Assembly (NCBI GenBank): GCA_963748665.1 | Contig: CAVVJW010000036.1 | Coordinates: 19,655 to 83,654 of the forward strand | Length of the DNA stretch: 64,000 bases | DNA from: Ignavibacteriota bacterium | Lineage (GTDB): Bacteria; Bacteroidota; Ignavibacteria; Tepidaquicellales; Tepidaquicellaceae | Direction of reading: 5' to 3' | Part shown: positions 8,953 to 18,836 of the stretch, piece after piece | Position numbering within the stretch: position 1 is the first letter of the stretch | Layout: every line of letters begins with the position of its first letter | The notes under the pieces: generated by a model | Databases searched by the model: none | The model's input: the letters and a program-made list of their open reading frames with translations, nothing else | What the model was told of the DNA's origin: nothing | Position numbers and translations under genes: made by a program

Positions 8953-10153
8953 ATGATTAAACATGTTGGACACGGGGGTATTATCCGCCGCATTGCGATA
9001 AATGTAGGTGCAGGATATCTTCCGGGAATAAATACCATTATTACAGGAGCCTCCCAGGCAGCCGGTCAGTTGGGATGGGAGATTGTCGGAATCCGCGATG
9101 GCTTCGAAGGCTTGTTGCACCCTGATCGTTATCCTGATGGCGGATTGCTTACACTCAGCCCACAATTGGCTGCAATACAGGATCCCTCCGAAGGAGGCAC
9201 TCTTGGCCAGGCACCAAAGGTAGATCCGTTTAACGACACCACTCATAATAAAGATGGCGTTGATCATTCTGATGAAATATTAAAAAGGCTGAAAGAAGAA
9301 AACATTGACGCATTAATTTCAGTTGTTGGGAACCAGGGACTCGAGATCCTGTATAAGCTCTCATCGAAAGGGATTACATACGGTATGTATTCCAAAATCA
9401 ATAGAGAATGACATTCCTGTTACTTCGGTTTCTTTTGGATTTAACAGTGCGATGAGCTTTACGATAGAAATGCTGATGCGTGCCAGACAAGCGGCAATAT
9501 CTGCCAGAAAGATAGCTGTGGTGGAAGTAATAGGTGAGCATGCAGGGTGGTTGGCACTCCAGTCAGGTATAGCAATTTCTGCTGATGCGGTGTTGCTGCC
9601 GGAAATACCTTGTAATCTTAATATGCTGGCACGGAGGCTGGACGAAAAGATTTCTTCCAGGAGACCATACGGATTGGTAGTAGTTGCCGAAGGCGTAAAA
9701 CTATACAAAAAACCACAGGAAGTTAAATCTGATTCAACACGTATAGTTTCACTTCCACCGGAGGCAACCGGCGAAGCAAGTGAACAAGTAATGATTACGT
9801 CTGAAAAGACAGCCGAGACACTTGCAGGGGAACTCCAGTTGCTTATTGACAGAGAAACTTATCCACTTATTGTCGGACCATGGGCAAGAGGCGGATCGCC
9901 CACTGCCGTTGACCTGCAACTGGGTATGGCATATGGTGCAGGGGCTATTCAGGCATTGAAAGCCTCAAAGAATGGGGTAATGGTTGCTTTTGTCCCTCCT
10001 GAAATTCAATACGTGCCATTGGAAGAAATAATTAACAAAGTAAGAACCGTTTCTGCCAACAGTGAATTCCTGAAGATTGCAGGATCACTTGGTATCTATT
10101 TCGGAAACTTTTCTTCAAAGAAAACTTTACAATCAGAGGAGGTAAAAAAATGA
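8953..10153 (+). CDS. PFK-family protein with degenerate kinase motifs, paralog C; one frame break
   Basis: ORFs 8953-9411 and 9323-10153 join at the G3 run 9370-9372 (LSSKG|LHTVCIPKSIENDIPVT). Motifs GAGYLPGINTII, VVGNQGLEIL, VVEVIGEHAGW, ARGGSPT. Confidence 0.8.
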
Positions 10154-11275
10154 ACAATTCCGATATATCAATAGATGTTTACGAAAGACTTGCCAATGTA
10201 CTGGATGCAACGCCTCAGGGCTTTCCAAGGATGAAATCAGGCGTGGAAATAAAACTGCTCAGGCTGGTTTTTTCTCCCGAGGAAGTTTCTCTTGCAAGTT
10301 ACCTGTCCACAACCTATGAATATCCTGCTGTAATTGCCAGACGTGCTGGCATTGGTGAGGATGATGCCATCGTTATATTATCAGGCCTTATTTCAAGGAA
10401 ACTTGTTCGTATGCAAGGTCCGCCATCTTACCCGGGTATGCCTGCTCCCCCTCCCGGAAAAGATTCGCTCTTCCGGCTTGGTCCTTTTATGATAGGATGG
10501 TACGAAGCATGTATGCGTGTAGAAGGCAAAGAATTTGCCGAACTATTTCATCAATATATGGAAGAGGGTGGCAGTGAAAAAATCCTCGCTCCACGTCCCG
10601 GTGTATTAGGTGTAGTTCCCGTACGGGGATCTCTCAAGCCAGAATTGATGGCAACGATGGAACCGCACCTCGATATTGACGCTCATTTAAAGCGGCACGA
10701 TCGTTTTCTGGTAATGGATTGTGTGTGTAAAAGGGAGATGGAGGCCCTTGGGAAAAGATGATAGCCGCTATCCGTTAAAACGCTGCGGATTTTTAGGACT
10801 TCCTTCAAGTGTACCGCTCGGAGAACATGTACTCAGCCGGGAAGAAGCGGACCAGCTTCTTCGAAAGCTCGAAAAAATGGGGCATGTAAGCAATGCAGCT
10901 TACGGATTTCAGATGAGCGCTGAAAGCCCGCAGTACGTGGGGGGCTGCAACTGTGACCGTTACGCTTGCGGGGTATTTAACAATCACTTTCCCAGCCAGG
11001 CTTCAAACTACCGCGTAGTCAAAGACTACAAAAAATGTACTGCCTGTGGTATTTGTATCGATCGCTGTCCCACGTATGCGCATATCGATGGTAATCGTGA
11101 GGACGGTATGCCGGAATATATTCGCGAAAAGTGCATAGGTTGTGGTGTCTGCGTTATTGCGTGCGATCCTGAGGCGCTTGAATTGGAGCCGGTATCGGCA
11201 GACGAGTGGTTTTATACTCCTTCAAGTTTGGAGGAATGGGAAGAACTACGAATTAAAAATTTGGAAACAAAATAA
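10150..11275 (+). CDS. Cys-rich Fe-S protein 2 (paralog of 6164-7420); one frame break
   Basis: ORFs 10150-10761 and 10721-11275 join at the A4 run 10753-10756 (CVCKREMEALGK|DDSRYPLKRCGF). CTACGICIDRC...CIGCGVCVIAC. The ATG overlaps the paralog C stop (ATGA). Confidence 0.7.
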
Positions 11276-11332
11276 TTTATTTATAAAAATTGAATCAAAC
11301 ACAAATAAAATAATAATTTTAAAAAATAGATA

Positions 11333-12211
11333 ATGGACAATTTCATTCAAATTTGTACCTCTTTATTCGGTCCGGTGGTATTAATATTCACCGTATCTAA
11401 CCTGTTTGCCATGGGCTTACAAGTAAAAATGCCCGAAGTCCTCCAAGTGTTTAAAAACAAAAAATCACTTTTGTTGATATTCATATGGGGCTGGATAGCA
11501 GGGCCTGCGTTAGCTTGGCTTATAAAAATAATTCTTCCTTTGGAAGAGCCATACGTTATAGTATTATTACTCGCCAGTCTGGCACCAAGCGCACCATTCC
11601 TTCAGGTGATGGTTGTAAAAAGCCGCGGGGACATGGGCTTTGCAGGAGCTTTCATACCGCTGGTTGCAGTTGGTACTGTTGTGCTGATGCCATTGATGGC
11701 TCCCCTATTAATAAAGGGACTGACAATCAGCACCTGGGCACTCGCTAAACCGCTACTCCTGACCATACTTATACCGCTGATCATCGGAGCTGCGATAAGG
11801 AATTATTCAGATAAAGTTGCAACTAAGATTTTCCCGGCATCTAAGCTGATTGCCCTTATTTCCACATTAACGACTATCATGTTGTGCTTTATAATATACG
11901 GTCCAGCGATGCTCAACACGGCGGGCAGCTTTGCCCTCCTGTCAATAACACTGTTTATGGTAGTAATGGGACTGATAACTTATCGCTTCGGTTTCGGCCT
12001 GAAACGGGCACAGAGTAGTGTGATGTCACTGGGAATGGGCACTCGTAATATCGCAGCGGTTTTAGCCGGAGCTCTTGCCATTCCAAACGCTGATCCGCGT
12101 ATAGTAACTATGGTTATTATGTACACTTTGTGGTCCTTTATACTTGCCCTTATTGTAGCTAATATTTATGGTAGACTCGCAGACAAGTCAGGTGAAACAA
12201 ATGAGAATTAA
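11333..12211 (+). CDS. BASS/ACR3-fold permease 2
   Basis: 292 aa. Collinear with 7718-8596 (ASLAPSAPFLQ, GMGTRNIAAVLAG). Confidence 0.55.
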   Translation: MDNFIQICTSLFGPVVLIFTVSNLFAMGLQVKMPEVLQVFKNKKSLLLIFIWGWIAGPALAWLIKIILPLEEPYVIVLLLASLAPSAPFLQVMVVKSRGDMGFAGAFIPLVAVGTVVLMPLMAPLLIKGLTISTWALAKPLLLTILIPLIIGAAIRNYSDKVATKIFPASKLIALISTLTTIMLCFIIYGPAMLNTAGSFALLSITLFMVVMGLITYRFGFGLKRAQSSVMSLGMGTRNIAAVLAGALAIPNADPRIVTMVIMYTLWSFILALIVANIYGRLADKSGETNEN

Positions 12212-12562
12212 AGTATATAGTTAAGAGTGAAAACGTGCACAAAATGATAATGAAAGAATTCCACCACTTAGGCACTAAGGACACGACGTAGCAAGAACTT
12301 TAAACAAAGAAAAGATTTGCATACTGAAAAGAGACAATTGTGACTGAATTATACTGATTAAGAGGTTTTTAGGGTTAGAGATTAATTGAATACGGATTTA
12401 CACAGATTTAACGAATATACACTGATTTTAAAGGTTTAAAAATATAAATTTATTAATTGTTACATAGAAAATTAGAGAAGAGATATAAATGAATTACACG
12501 AATTTTACGATTTACATAAATTGGAAGAACGAATCGCAAGTGATTTATTTGAGTTTTAATAA

Positions 12563-13666
12563 ATGAAAATAAAGCAAAAAAAAATTATGATTAAGCAAAC
12601 TCAGGACAACTCAGTTTATGATATTACCATAAGACTATTAATCCTTTTATTAATCGTTGCCTGGTGTCTGATGATTATATATCCATTTATCAGTGTCATA
12701 TTATGGAGTCTTATACTCGCACTGGCAATGCATCCGTACCACAGCAAACTGTCAAAAAAAATGGGCGGGAAACCCAAACTTGCATCTTTTATAATAGTTG
12801 TCTCCATTCTGATAATTGTTATACTTCCCACGGGTCTATTAATTTATTCACTTGCTGACGAAGTTAAGGCATTTAAAGCAAATTATTTTAACGGTACAAT
12901 CATCATTCCTCCTCCCACAGAAAACGTTAAAGAATTTCCAATAATCGGAGGAAAACTTTTTGAGTTCTGGCAAAATTTATCTGCTAACATAGAACCAATG
13001 CTGATTAAGTATAAGACACAACTTTTAGATATTGGAATCAAGGTAGGAAAGGGAATATTGAGTGCGGCAGGCAGTGTAATTCAGATTTTATTGTCTCTTA
13101 TTATTGCCGGTATATTGTTGAATGTCGGCGGAATAGGAGAATCTATACGAAAATTTTTCAGGAAGGTGGGCGGCAATAAAGGTGACGAACTTGCTGACCT
13201 TACGCTCAAGACAGTCGGCAGTGTAGTTAAAGGCATTCTTGGAGAAGCACTCCTTCTCGCTCTGATGCACGGAGTTGTTTTCATGCTTGCAGGCATTCCC
13301 TATGCAGGAATATGGACGTTGGCGGTGTTTGTCATGGCGACACTTCAAATACCAATATATTTTGTAACAGTACCAATAATGATTTATATTTTTGGGACGA
13401 AAGATTTAATGCCTGCGATATTATGGGTCTCGACCATGGTAGCGGTCAGTGCTTCAGACAACTTTCTCACACCGCTTATGCTTGGTAAACGTGCTCCTGT
13501 ACCAATGCTGGTGATATATATAGGCGTGATTGGCGGATTCATTTTTTCTGGTTTTATAGGACTTTTTACGGGAGCAATAGTTATGTCAGTTGGTTATAAT
13601 TTATTTGTCGGATGGATTAATTCAAACGATGCGGAAGTTCAGGAAATAGAGGCAGTAAATAAATAA
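12563..13666 (+). CDS. AI-2E family (PerM/UPF0118) transporter
   Basis: 367 aa, polytopic. The C-terminal pattern SDNFLTPLMLGKRAPVPMLVIYIGVIGGFIFSGFIGLFTGAIV is typical of the family. Confidence 0.75.
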   Translation: MKIKQKKIMIKQTQDNSVYDITIRLLILLLIVAWCLMIIYPFISVILWSLILALAMHPYHSKLSKKMGGKPKLASFIIVVSILIIVILPTGLLIYSLADEVKAFKANYFNGTIIIPPPTENVKEFPIIGGKLFEFWQNLSANIEPMLIKYKTQLLDIGIKVGKGILSAAGSVIQILLSLIIAGILLNVGGIGESIRKFFRKVGGNKGDELADLTLKTVGSVVKGILGEALLLALMHGVVFMLAGIPYAGIWTLAVFVMATLQIPIYFVTVPIMIYIFGTKDLMPAILWVSTMVAVSASDNFLTPLMLGKRAPVPMLVIYIGVIGGFIFSGFIGLFTGAIVMSVGYNLFVGWINSNDAEVQEIEAVNK

Positions 13667-13692
13667 CACGAATTACAAACAAAACATACAAT

Positions 13693-14205
13693 ATGATGAA
13701 AATAAAAGAAAATTTACCTGAAGGAAAACAAACAGTACTTGGGCTTTATGTAACAGCGAAGGAAGCTTACGAGCAATGGATTGAAAATCCAGAGAAGATA
13801 AAGATTATTGACGTTCGCACTCCCGAAGAATTTATTTTTGTGGGTTATCCGGCGATGGCATGGAAAATTCCTGTTGGTACACAATCGTATGTCTGGGATG
13901 CTGAAAATGAAAAGTTCCCGATGTGTCTTCTGCCTGATTTTGTTTCCAGAGTGAAGGAAATTGCAAAACCAACTGATACAATAATGGTCACGTGCCGTTC
14001 AGGAGGACGAAGCGCAATTGCAGTCAATCTGCTTGCCAAAGAAGGATTCACACAGGCATTTAACGTTGTTGACGGCATAGAAGGTGATTTGGTGGATGAT
14101 GAAACCAGCGTATTTCATGGGCAGAGACTGAAGAATGGCTGGAAGAATTCAGGATGTCCTTGGACGTTTAAACTGACACCCGACATGTTGATACTTCCGC
14201 GATAA
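13693..14205 (+). CDS. Single-domain rhodanese (sulfurtransferase)
   Basis: 170 aa. Contains IIDVRTPEEF and the active-site loop CRSGGRS. Confidence 0.8.
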   Translation: MMKIKENLPEGKQTVLGLYVTAKEAYEQWIENPEKIKIIDVRTPEEFIFVGYPAMAWKIPVGTQSYVWDAENEKFPMCLLPDFVSRVKEIAKPTDTIMVTCRSGGRSAIAVNLLAKEGFTQAFNVVDGIEGDLVDDETSVFHGQRLKNGWKNSGCPWTFKLTPDMLILPR

Positions 14206-14258
14206 TATAAATTGTAAGATGAAAAAGATAAAATTATATTTTAAATAATTTAATGGGC

Positions 14259-14280
14259 GGCCAGGTCTGAATAACAAACA
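14259..14280 (+). promoter_or_regulatory. Candidate shared cis-element (22-mer), copy 2, 50 nt upstream of the DszB-like gene
   Basis: 19 of 22 identity with 7661-7682. Confidence 0.25.
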
Positions 14281-14329
14281 ATTGCTCAAACCACTGGTCA
14301 GGTTACGAGCAACATAAAGGATATAGATA

Positions 14330-15530
14330 ATGAGCAAAGAAACTGAAAAAGTTAAAGTTACAACTTTTGAAAACACAAAGTTGAACGTGGTTAAGTTGAA
14401 TTGGAAAGAGGTGTATTACACCAATTGTCCGCTGGTGTCTGCCAGTAACGTGGATGAAGGCCTGGGCCTGACCAAGAAAGAGTATAAGAAGATCGGGGTG
14501 AAGTTTGCCTACATGCGTTCGACCCCTGAAACCGATTGGTATCCCCACTACATTCACAATCAGGAAAATCTTATCCGCTTCGGTGGTTTGTTTCCACCTA
14601 TCGAAGTCCACGCAGATATCCGTCGGACCAAACTTCTGGGGGTAACACAGATGCCGGCCGAAGGCGGCGTTATGATGGTACGCGCCAAGGACGATATCTA
14701 CCGGATGGCTGATTTAAAAGGCAAAAAGATCGGCATTTCCAAGAGTATGAACCAGATCAAAAACGACTGGTGGCGCATTCAGGAACACCAGGGGATCGAG
14801 TTGATGCTTCGGATGAACGGCATGACCATGGACGATATTGAATTGGTTGAGTTTCCTTACGCAGATGACTGGTATAATCTACCGGAAATGATGAAAGCAA
14901 CCATGGAACAATCGATTGATCTGTGGCTGGCGCGTGACCACAAGCGCGACCTGGCTTTCCGTCCGCTGGAAACCGCCCTGGAAAAAGGAATCATCGATGC
15001 GATGTACATGCAAACCAAGCCGCTTCAGCAGGTCATCTGAGGCGACGGGTAAGTTTGCAGCAATCGAGGACCTCTCCCGCTATCCTGACTGGCGCCTTCA
15101 GGTGGCTAACATTCCTGCGGCTATCACGTGTACCGATGTCATGGCCAAGGAACACCCTGAACTCGCTGTTACATTTATGAAAGGTATGATCCGGGCCGGT
15201 CGCTGGGCAAATCAGAACAAGTATGCTGCAGCTGAAATTCTCGACCAGCAGACCTTCTACCGCGACATCGAGGCTACTTACCAGGGCATTAGAGATGTTG
15301 ACCTGGTGCCCAACCTTTCACCTTTGAATCTCGCCGCTGTTAATATCGGTAAAGAATTTATGCTAAGTCATGGTTACATCAAGAATGATTTTGATGTAAA
15401 CGAATGGGCTGCCCCTGAATTCCTGGAAAAAGCAGCAAGAGAATTATTGGAAGAAGAATGGAAGAAACGATCAACGGCAAAACTTCCACAAACAGCAGGA
15501 ACATTGGAATCAGGCGGAAGAATTGGGTAA
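14330..15530 (+). CDS. DszB-like (2'-hydroxybiphenyl-2-sulfinate desulfinase family / SsuA-fold) protein; one frame break
   Basis: ORFs 14330-15040 and 14916-15530 join at about 15038. Recalled Rhodococcus DszB blocks match: YTNCPLVSA (YSNCPVPNA), IRFGGLFPPI (TRFGGEIPPL), TKLLGVT, DLKGKKIGISKS (DLAGRRIGVSAS), EATGKFAAIEDL, NEWAAPEFLEKA (DQWAAPEFLNNS). Confidence 0.65.
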
Positions 15531-15582
15531 TAAATAAGTCGTGTAAAACAAAATTAATTTGCCAACTTAAAAACAAATAATT

Positions 15583-15777
15583 ATGGCAAAGGAAATAAAA
15601 AAAAGCGACGGTCCGGCCTGTGCATGCGGCAGGGGTGACCTGTATGATGAATGGAAGAAGTTGAATGAAGGCAAAAAGGAAGAAGGTTTTGAATCAACTG
15701 ACCCCAAACGTTCAGATGATGTTGTCAAAGACGAACATAAGCAGGAACAGGCCAAAAATGAAACAAAGAATGAGTAA
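15583..15777 (+). CDS. Small charged hypothetical protein (64 aa)
   Basis: ORF only. Lys/Glu-rich with a CACGRG element, sitting in an operon-like position. No family recognised. Confidence 0.3.
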   Translation: MAKEIKKSDGPACACGRGDLYDEWKKLNEGKKEEGFESTDPKRSDDVVKDEHKQEQAKNETKNE

Positions 15778-15917
15778 AGATTAAGATTGAGTGGCGCCAA
15801 AGATATTAAATTAATGGTTGGTGCCATTTTAAAAATGAACTCTATCGGCAGAGTTATGGGCAGAACAAAGTTTCAGAATATACATGTAAAATTTATAAAC
15901 CATGTTAATGTAAGAAT

Positions 15918-16727
15918 ATGAGTGTAGAAATCAAAACAGATAGTTTTTCAACGATACTGGTTGACAGGAGAGATAACGGATTGGTAGTAGTAACACTAAA
16001 CAGACCAGAAGAAGGTAACGCCGTTAACACAGATATGGGGCTTGAACTTCTTGATCTCTGGACTGACCTTGTACGCAACAATGACGGACTCCGCTGCGTC
16101 ATATTAACCGGAGCAGGTGAAGAAGCATTTTGTGCCGGCGGAGATATGAAGCAACGAAAAGGAATGTCGGAATATGCATGGCGGCATCAACACGAGATAT
16201 TCGAGCAAGCTTTATGGACTATGATGGAATGTCCTGTTCCGGTCATAGCTGCTGTCAACGGCAAAGCATTTGGCGGCGGGCTTGAAATGATTCTTGCAGC
16301 CGATTTTGCATATGGAGTTGACAATGCCAAGTTATGGTTCCCGGAAGTGATGATAGGAATACTGCCTGGTGTGGGCGGCACAACTACATTGCCGCGTATA
16401 GTTGGAGAGCATCGTGCTAATGAAATCATATTAGCAGGTGGTGCATTTGGTTCTGCCGAAGCGCTGGAATGGGGTATATTCAATCGTGTTTGCAGTATAA
16501 AAGAATTGATGCCGGCTGCGATTGCAACTGCCGAAACTATAGCAGGTAACGCTCCTCTGGCAGTGCGTCAAGCCAAGAAAGCAATACACGAAGGTCTGCA
16601 AATGGATGTACGTACTGCACTTCGTTACGAAGTCGAATGTTACAACCGTCTGACGGGAACTGAAGACAGAGCAGAAGGTACACTGGCATGGAACGAAAAA
16701 CGCAAACCCGTTTTTAAAGGACGGTGA
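15918..16727 (+). CDS. Enoyl-CoA hydratase/isomerase (crotonase) family protein
   Basis: 269 aa. Contains NRPEEGNAVN, FCAGGDMK and AAVNGKAFGGGLEMILAADFAY. Confidence 0.85.
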   Translation: MSVEIKTDSFSTILVDRRDNGLVVVTLNRPEEGNAVNTDMGLELLDLWTDLVRNNDGLRCVILTGAGEEAFCAGGDMKQRKGMSEYAWRHQHEIFEQALWTMMECPVPVIAAVNGKAFGGGLEMILAADFAYGVDNAKLWFPEVMIGILPGVGGTTTLPRIVGEHRANEIILAGGAFGSAEALEWGIFNRVCSIKELMPAAIATAETIAGNAPLAVRQAKKAIHEGLQMDVRTALRYEVECYNRLTGTEDRAEGTLAWNEKRKPVFKGR

Positions 16728-16786
16728 ATTTGTACCCGAACATAACAAGTATAAAATATTAAATTTTTAAAATTAAAATATAAAAA

Positions 16787-18496
16787 ATGAAAGTAATTAT
16801 TATCGGAGGAGTTGCAGGCGGAGCATCGTGTGCAGCACGTCTGCGCAGGCTTGATGAAGAAGCCGAAATTTTAATGGTAGAAAAAGGACCTTACATTTCG
16901 TACGCAAACTGCGGACTGCCTTACCACGTGGGTGGTGTGATTGAAAAAGAATCCAACCTTCTGTTGGCAAATGAACAGATGTTCCATGCGATGTTTAATA
17001 TAGAAGTACGAACACGCTGTGAGGCTGTCGAAATTTCACCGAAGGAAAAGACTGTAAAGTTGAAAGATTTAATTAAGGGCGAGATCACTACTCATTCTTA
17101 TGATAAACTTGTTCTTTCCCCGGGTGCTGTTTCTTTTCATCCGTCATTACCGGGCATTGACCTTCCCGGTATTTTTCACGTGAGAACTGTTCCTGACGTA
17201 AGAGAAATACGTGAGTGGGTTGAAAAAGGAAATCCGTTTCTTGCAGGAATGTACAAGTATTCAGGATTTCAGGCGATGAGACCTAAGACGCGGGCAGTTG
17301 TTGTTGGCGGAGGGTTCATCGGACTTGAGATGGCAGAAAATCTTGTGCATCGTGGTTTTGAAGTAACGCTTTTACAGAGGGGAGACCAGGTATTGGCTCC
17401 TATGGATTTAGAAAATGCACGTGTAGTTGAATCTCTGTTAGTAAAGCACGGTGTTAAACTTGCTCTAAACGACGGAGCCGCAGGTTTTAAACAGGCTGAG
17501 AACGGTGCCATAAATGTAGAAACTGATTCAGGAAAAACATATAAGGCTGACGTAGTTATACTTGCCATAGGTGTCCGTCCTGATACAACTCTGGCAAAAA
17601 TGGCAGGACTAGAAATAGGTGAACGCGGAGGAATCCGTGTAGATGAACATATGCGTACAAGCGACACGGATATATTTGCAGTAGGTGATGCGGTTGAAGT
17701 TAAAGATTTTGTTACGGGGCAATGGAGTTTGGTTGCTTTGGCAGGACCTGCAAACCGTCAGGGACGTATTGCAGCAGACGTTATCGCAGGACGCAATTCA
17801 ACTTATCGCGGTACACAGGGTACTTCAATTATAGGTCTGTTCGGAGCCGCTGCTGCCTGGACCGGGGTCAGCGAAAAGACACTAATAAAAAACGGTGATA
17901 CAGATTATGAAAAGATATACCTGTATCCTAATTCACATGCAGGTTATTACCCTGGTGCTAAAACAATTGCAATGAAAGTTATATTCAGAAAATCAGATGG
18001 CAGACTTTTGGGGGCACAGGCGCTCGGTTTTGACGGAGTTGATAAACGTATAAGTGTAATAGCTGGAATGCTGCAAATGGGTGCTTCAATATACGACCTT
18101 GAAGAAGCAGAACTTTGTTACGCTCCCCAGTTTGGAAGCGCAAAAGATCCTGTAAACTTTGCGGGTATGGTTGCTGCTGATGTTCTCAGAAACGATATGC
18201 CTCTTACACACTGGGATACTGCAAGAAACGGATTCCTTCTGGATGTACGGGAACCTATGGAATTAGCAGTAGAGAATGTTCCTGGTGCGGTAAACATTCC
18301 AATGGGTCAGATAAGAGCACGTCTTGATGAACTACCGCGGGACAAAGAGATAAATGTAATTTGCCGTTCAGGCGGACGCGCTTACTATGTTACGCGGATT
18401 CTATTGCAGAATGGCTTTAAAGCTAAAACTATATCTGGCGGCATGATTTCACTCGCACATAATTATCTGCTTGATGCTAAATTGAAAGAGGAGTAG
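16787..18496 (+). CDS. CoA-disulfide reductase / NAD(FAD)-dependent persulfide reductase with C-terminal rhodanese domain
   Basis: 569 aa. Contains IIGGVAGGASCAARL, the redox Cys in SYANCGLPY, and a C-terminal rhodanese loop CRSGGRAY. Confidence 0.85.
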   Translation: MKVIIIGGVAGGASCAARLRRLDEEAEILMVEKGPYISYANCGLPYHVGGVIEKESNLLLANEQMFHAMFNIEVRTRCEAVEISPKEKTVKLKDLIKGEITTHSYDKLVLSPGAVSFHPSLPGIDLPGIFHVRTVPDVREIREWVEKGNPFLAGMYKYSGFQAMRPKTRAVVVGGGFIGLEMAENLVHRGFEVTLLQRGDQVLAPMDLENARVVESLLVKHGVKLALNDGAAGFKQAENGAINVETDSGKTYKADVVILAIGVRPDTTLAKMAGLEIGERGGIRVDEHMRTSDTDIFAVGDAVEVKDFVTGQWSLVALAGPANRQGRIAADVIAGRNSTYRGTQGTSIIGLFGAAAAWTGVSEKTLIKNGDTDYEKIYLYPNSHAGYYPGAKTIAMKVIFRKSDGRLLGAQALGFDGVDKRISVIAGMLQMGASIYDLEEAELCYAPQFGSAKDPVNFAGMVAADVLRNDMPLTHWDTARNGFLLDVREPMELAVENVPGAVNIPMGQIRARLDELPRDKEINVICRSGGRAYYVTRILLQNGFKAKTISGGMISLAHNYLLDAKLKEE

Positions 18497-18506
18497 AAAA
18501 AATAAG

Positions 18507-18749
18507 AAAAGAACTTATTTTGAGTCGCACTTTTCTTGTTCATACGATGTGAAAAAATTCTATGCGACAGGAGACGTGTTTAAAAATTTCAGTAATTTAA
18601 AGATTGCCGATTTAAAACACTCATACAGATTAGGGTTACGGTTTGTCTTTGAACCGAATGAGAAAATAAACCTGCGTGTTGATTTTGCAAAAACAAAAGA
18701 AGGAAGCGGAGTTGGTTTTTCAATGGGTGAGGCTTTTAAAATTTGTTAG
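18507..18749 (+). pseudogene. Internally deleted relic of an Omp85-family gene (paralog of 21844-23049)
   Basis: 18507-18570 matches 22245-22310 and 18563-18749 matches 22866-23049 (FYATGDVFKNFSNLK...RVDFAKTKEGSG). About 570 nt is missing between short ttcta(c/t)g..acagga microhomologies. Confidence 0.75.
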
Positions 18750-18836
18750 AAGAGATAAGCAAAAATAACAATGAATCGGAATTAAGGAAGAAAATACATA
18801 ATAAAGTTTATGATAAAAAATATAGATAATTATTAA

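Noticed and set aside
2819-10153. Annotating the PFK-family genes as glycolytic 6-phosphofructokinase (pfkA).
   Set aside because: The GGD, GGDGS and MGR motifs required for ATP/Mg and F6P binding are replaced in all four copies. The gene context is a GRE/Fe-S locus, not glycolysis.
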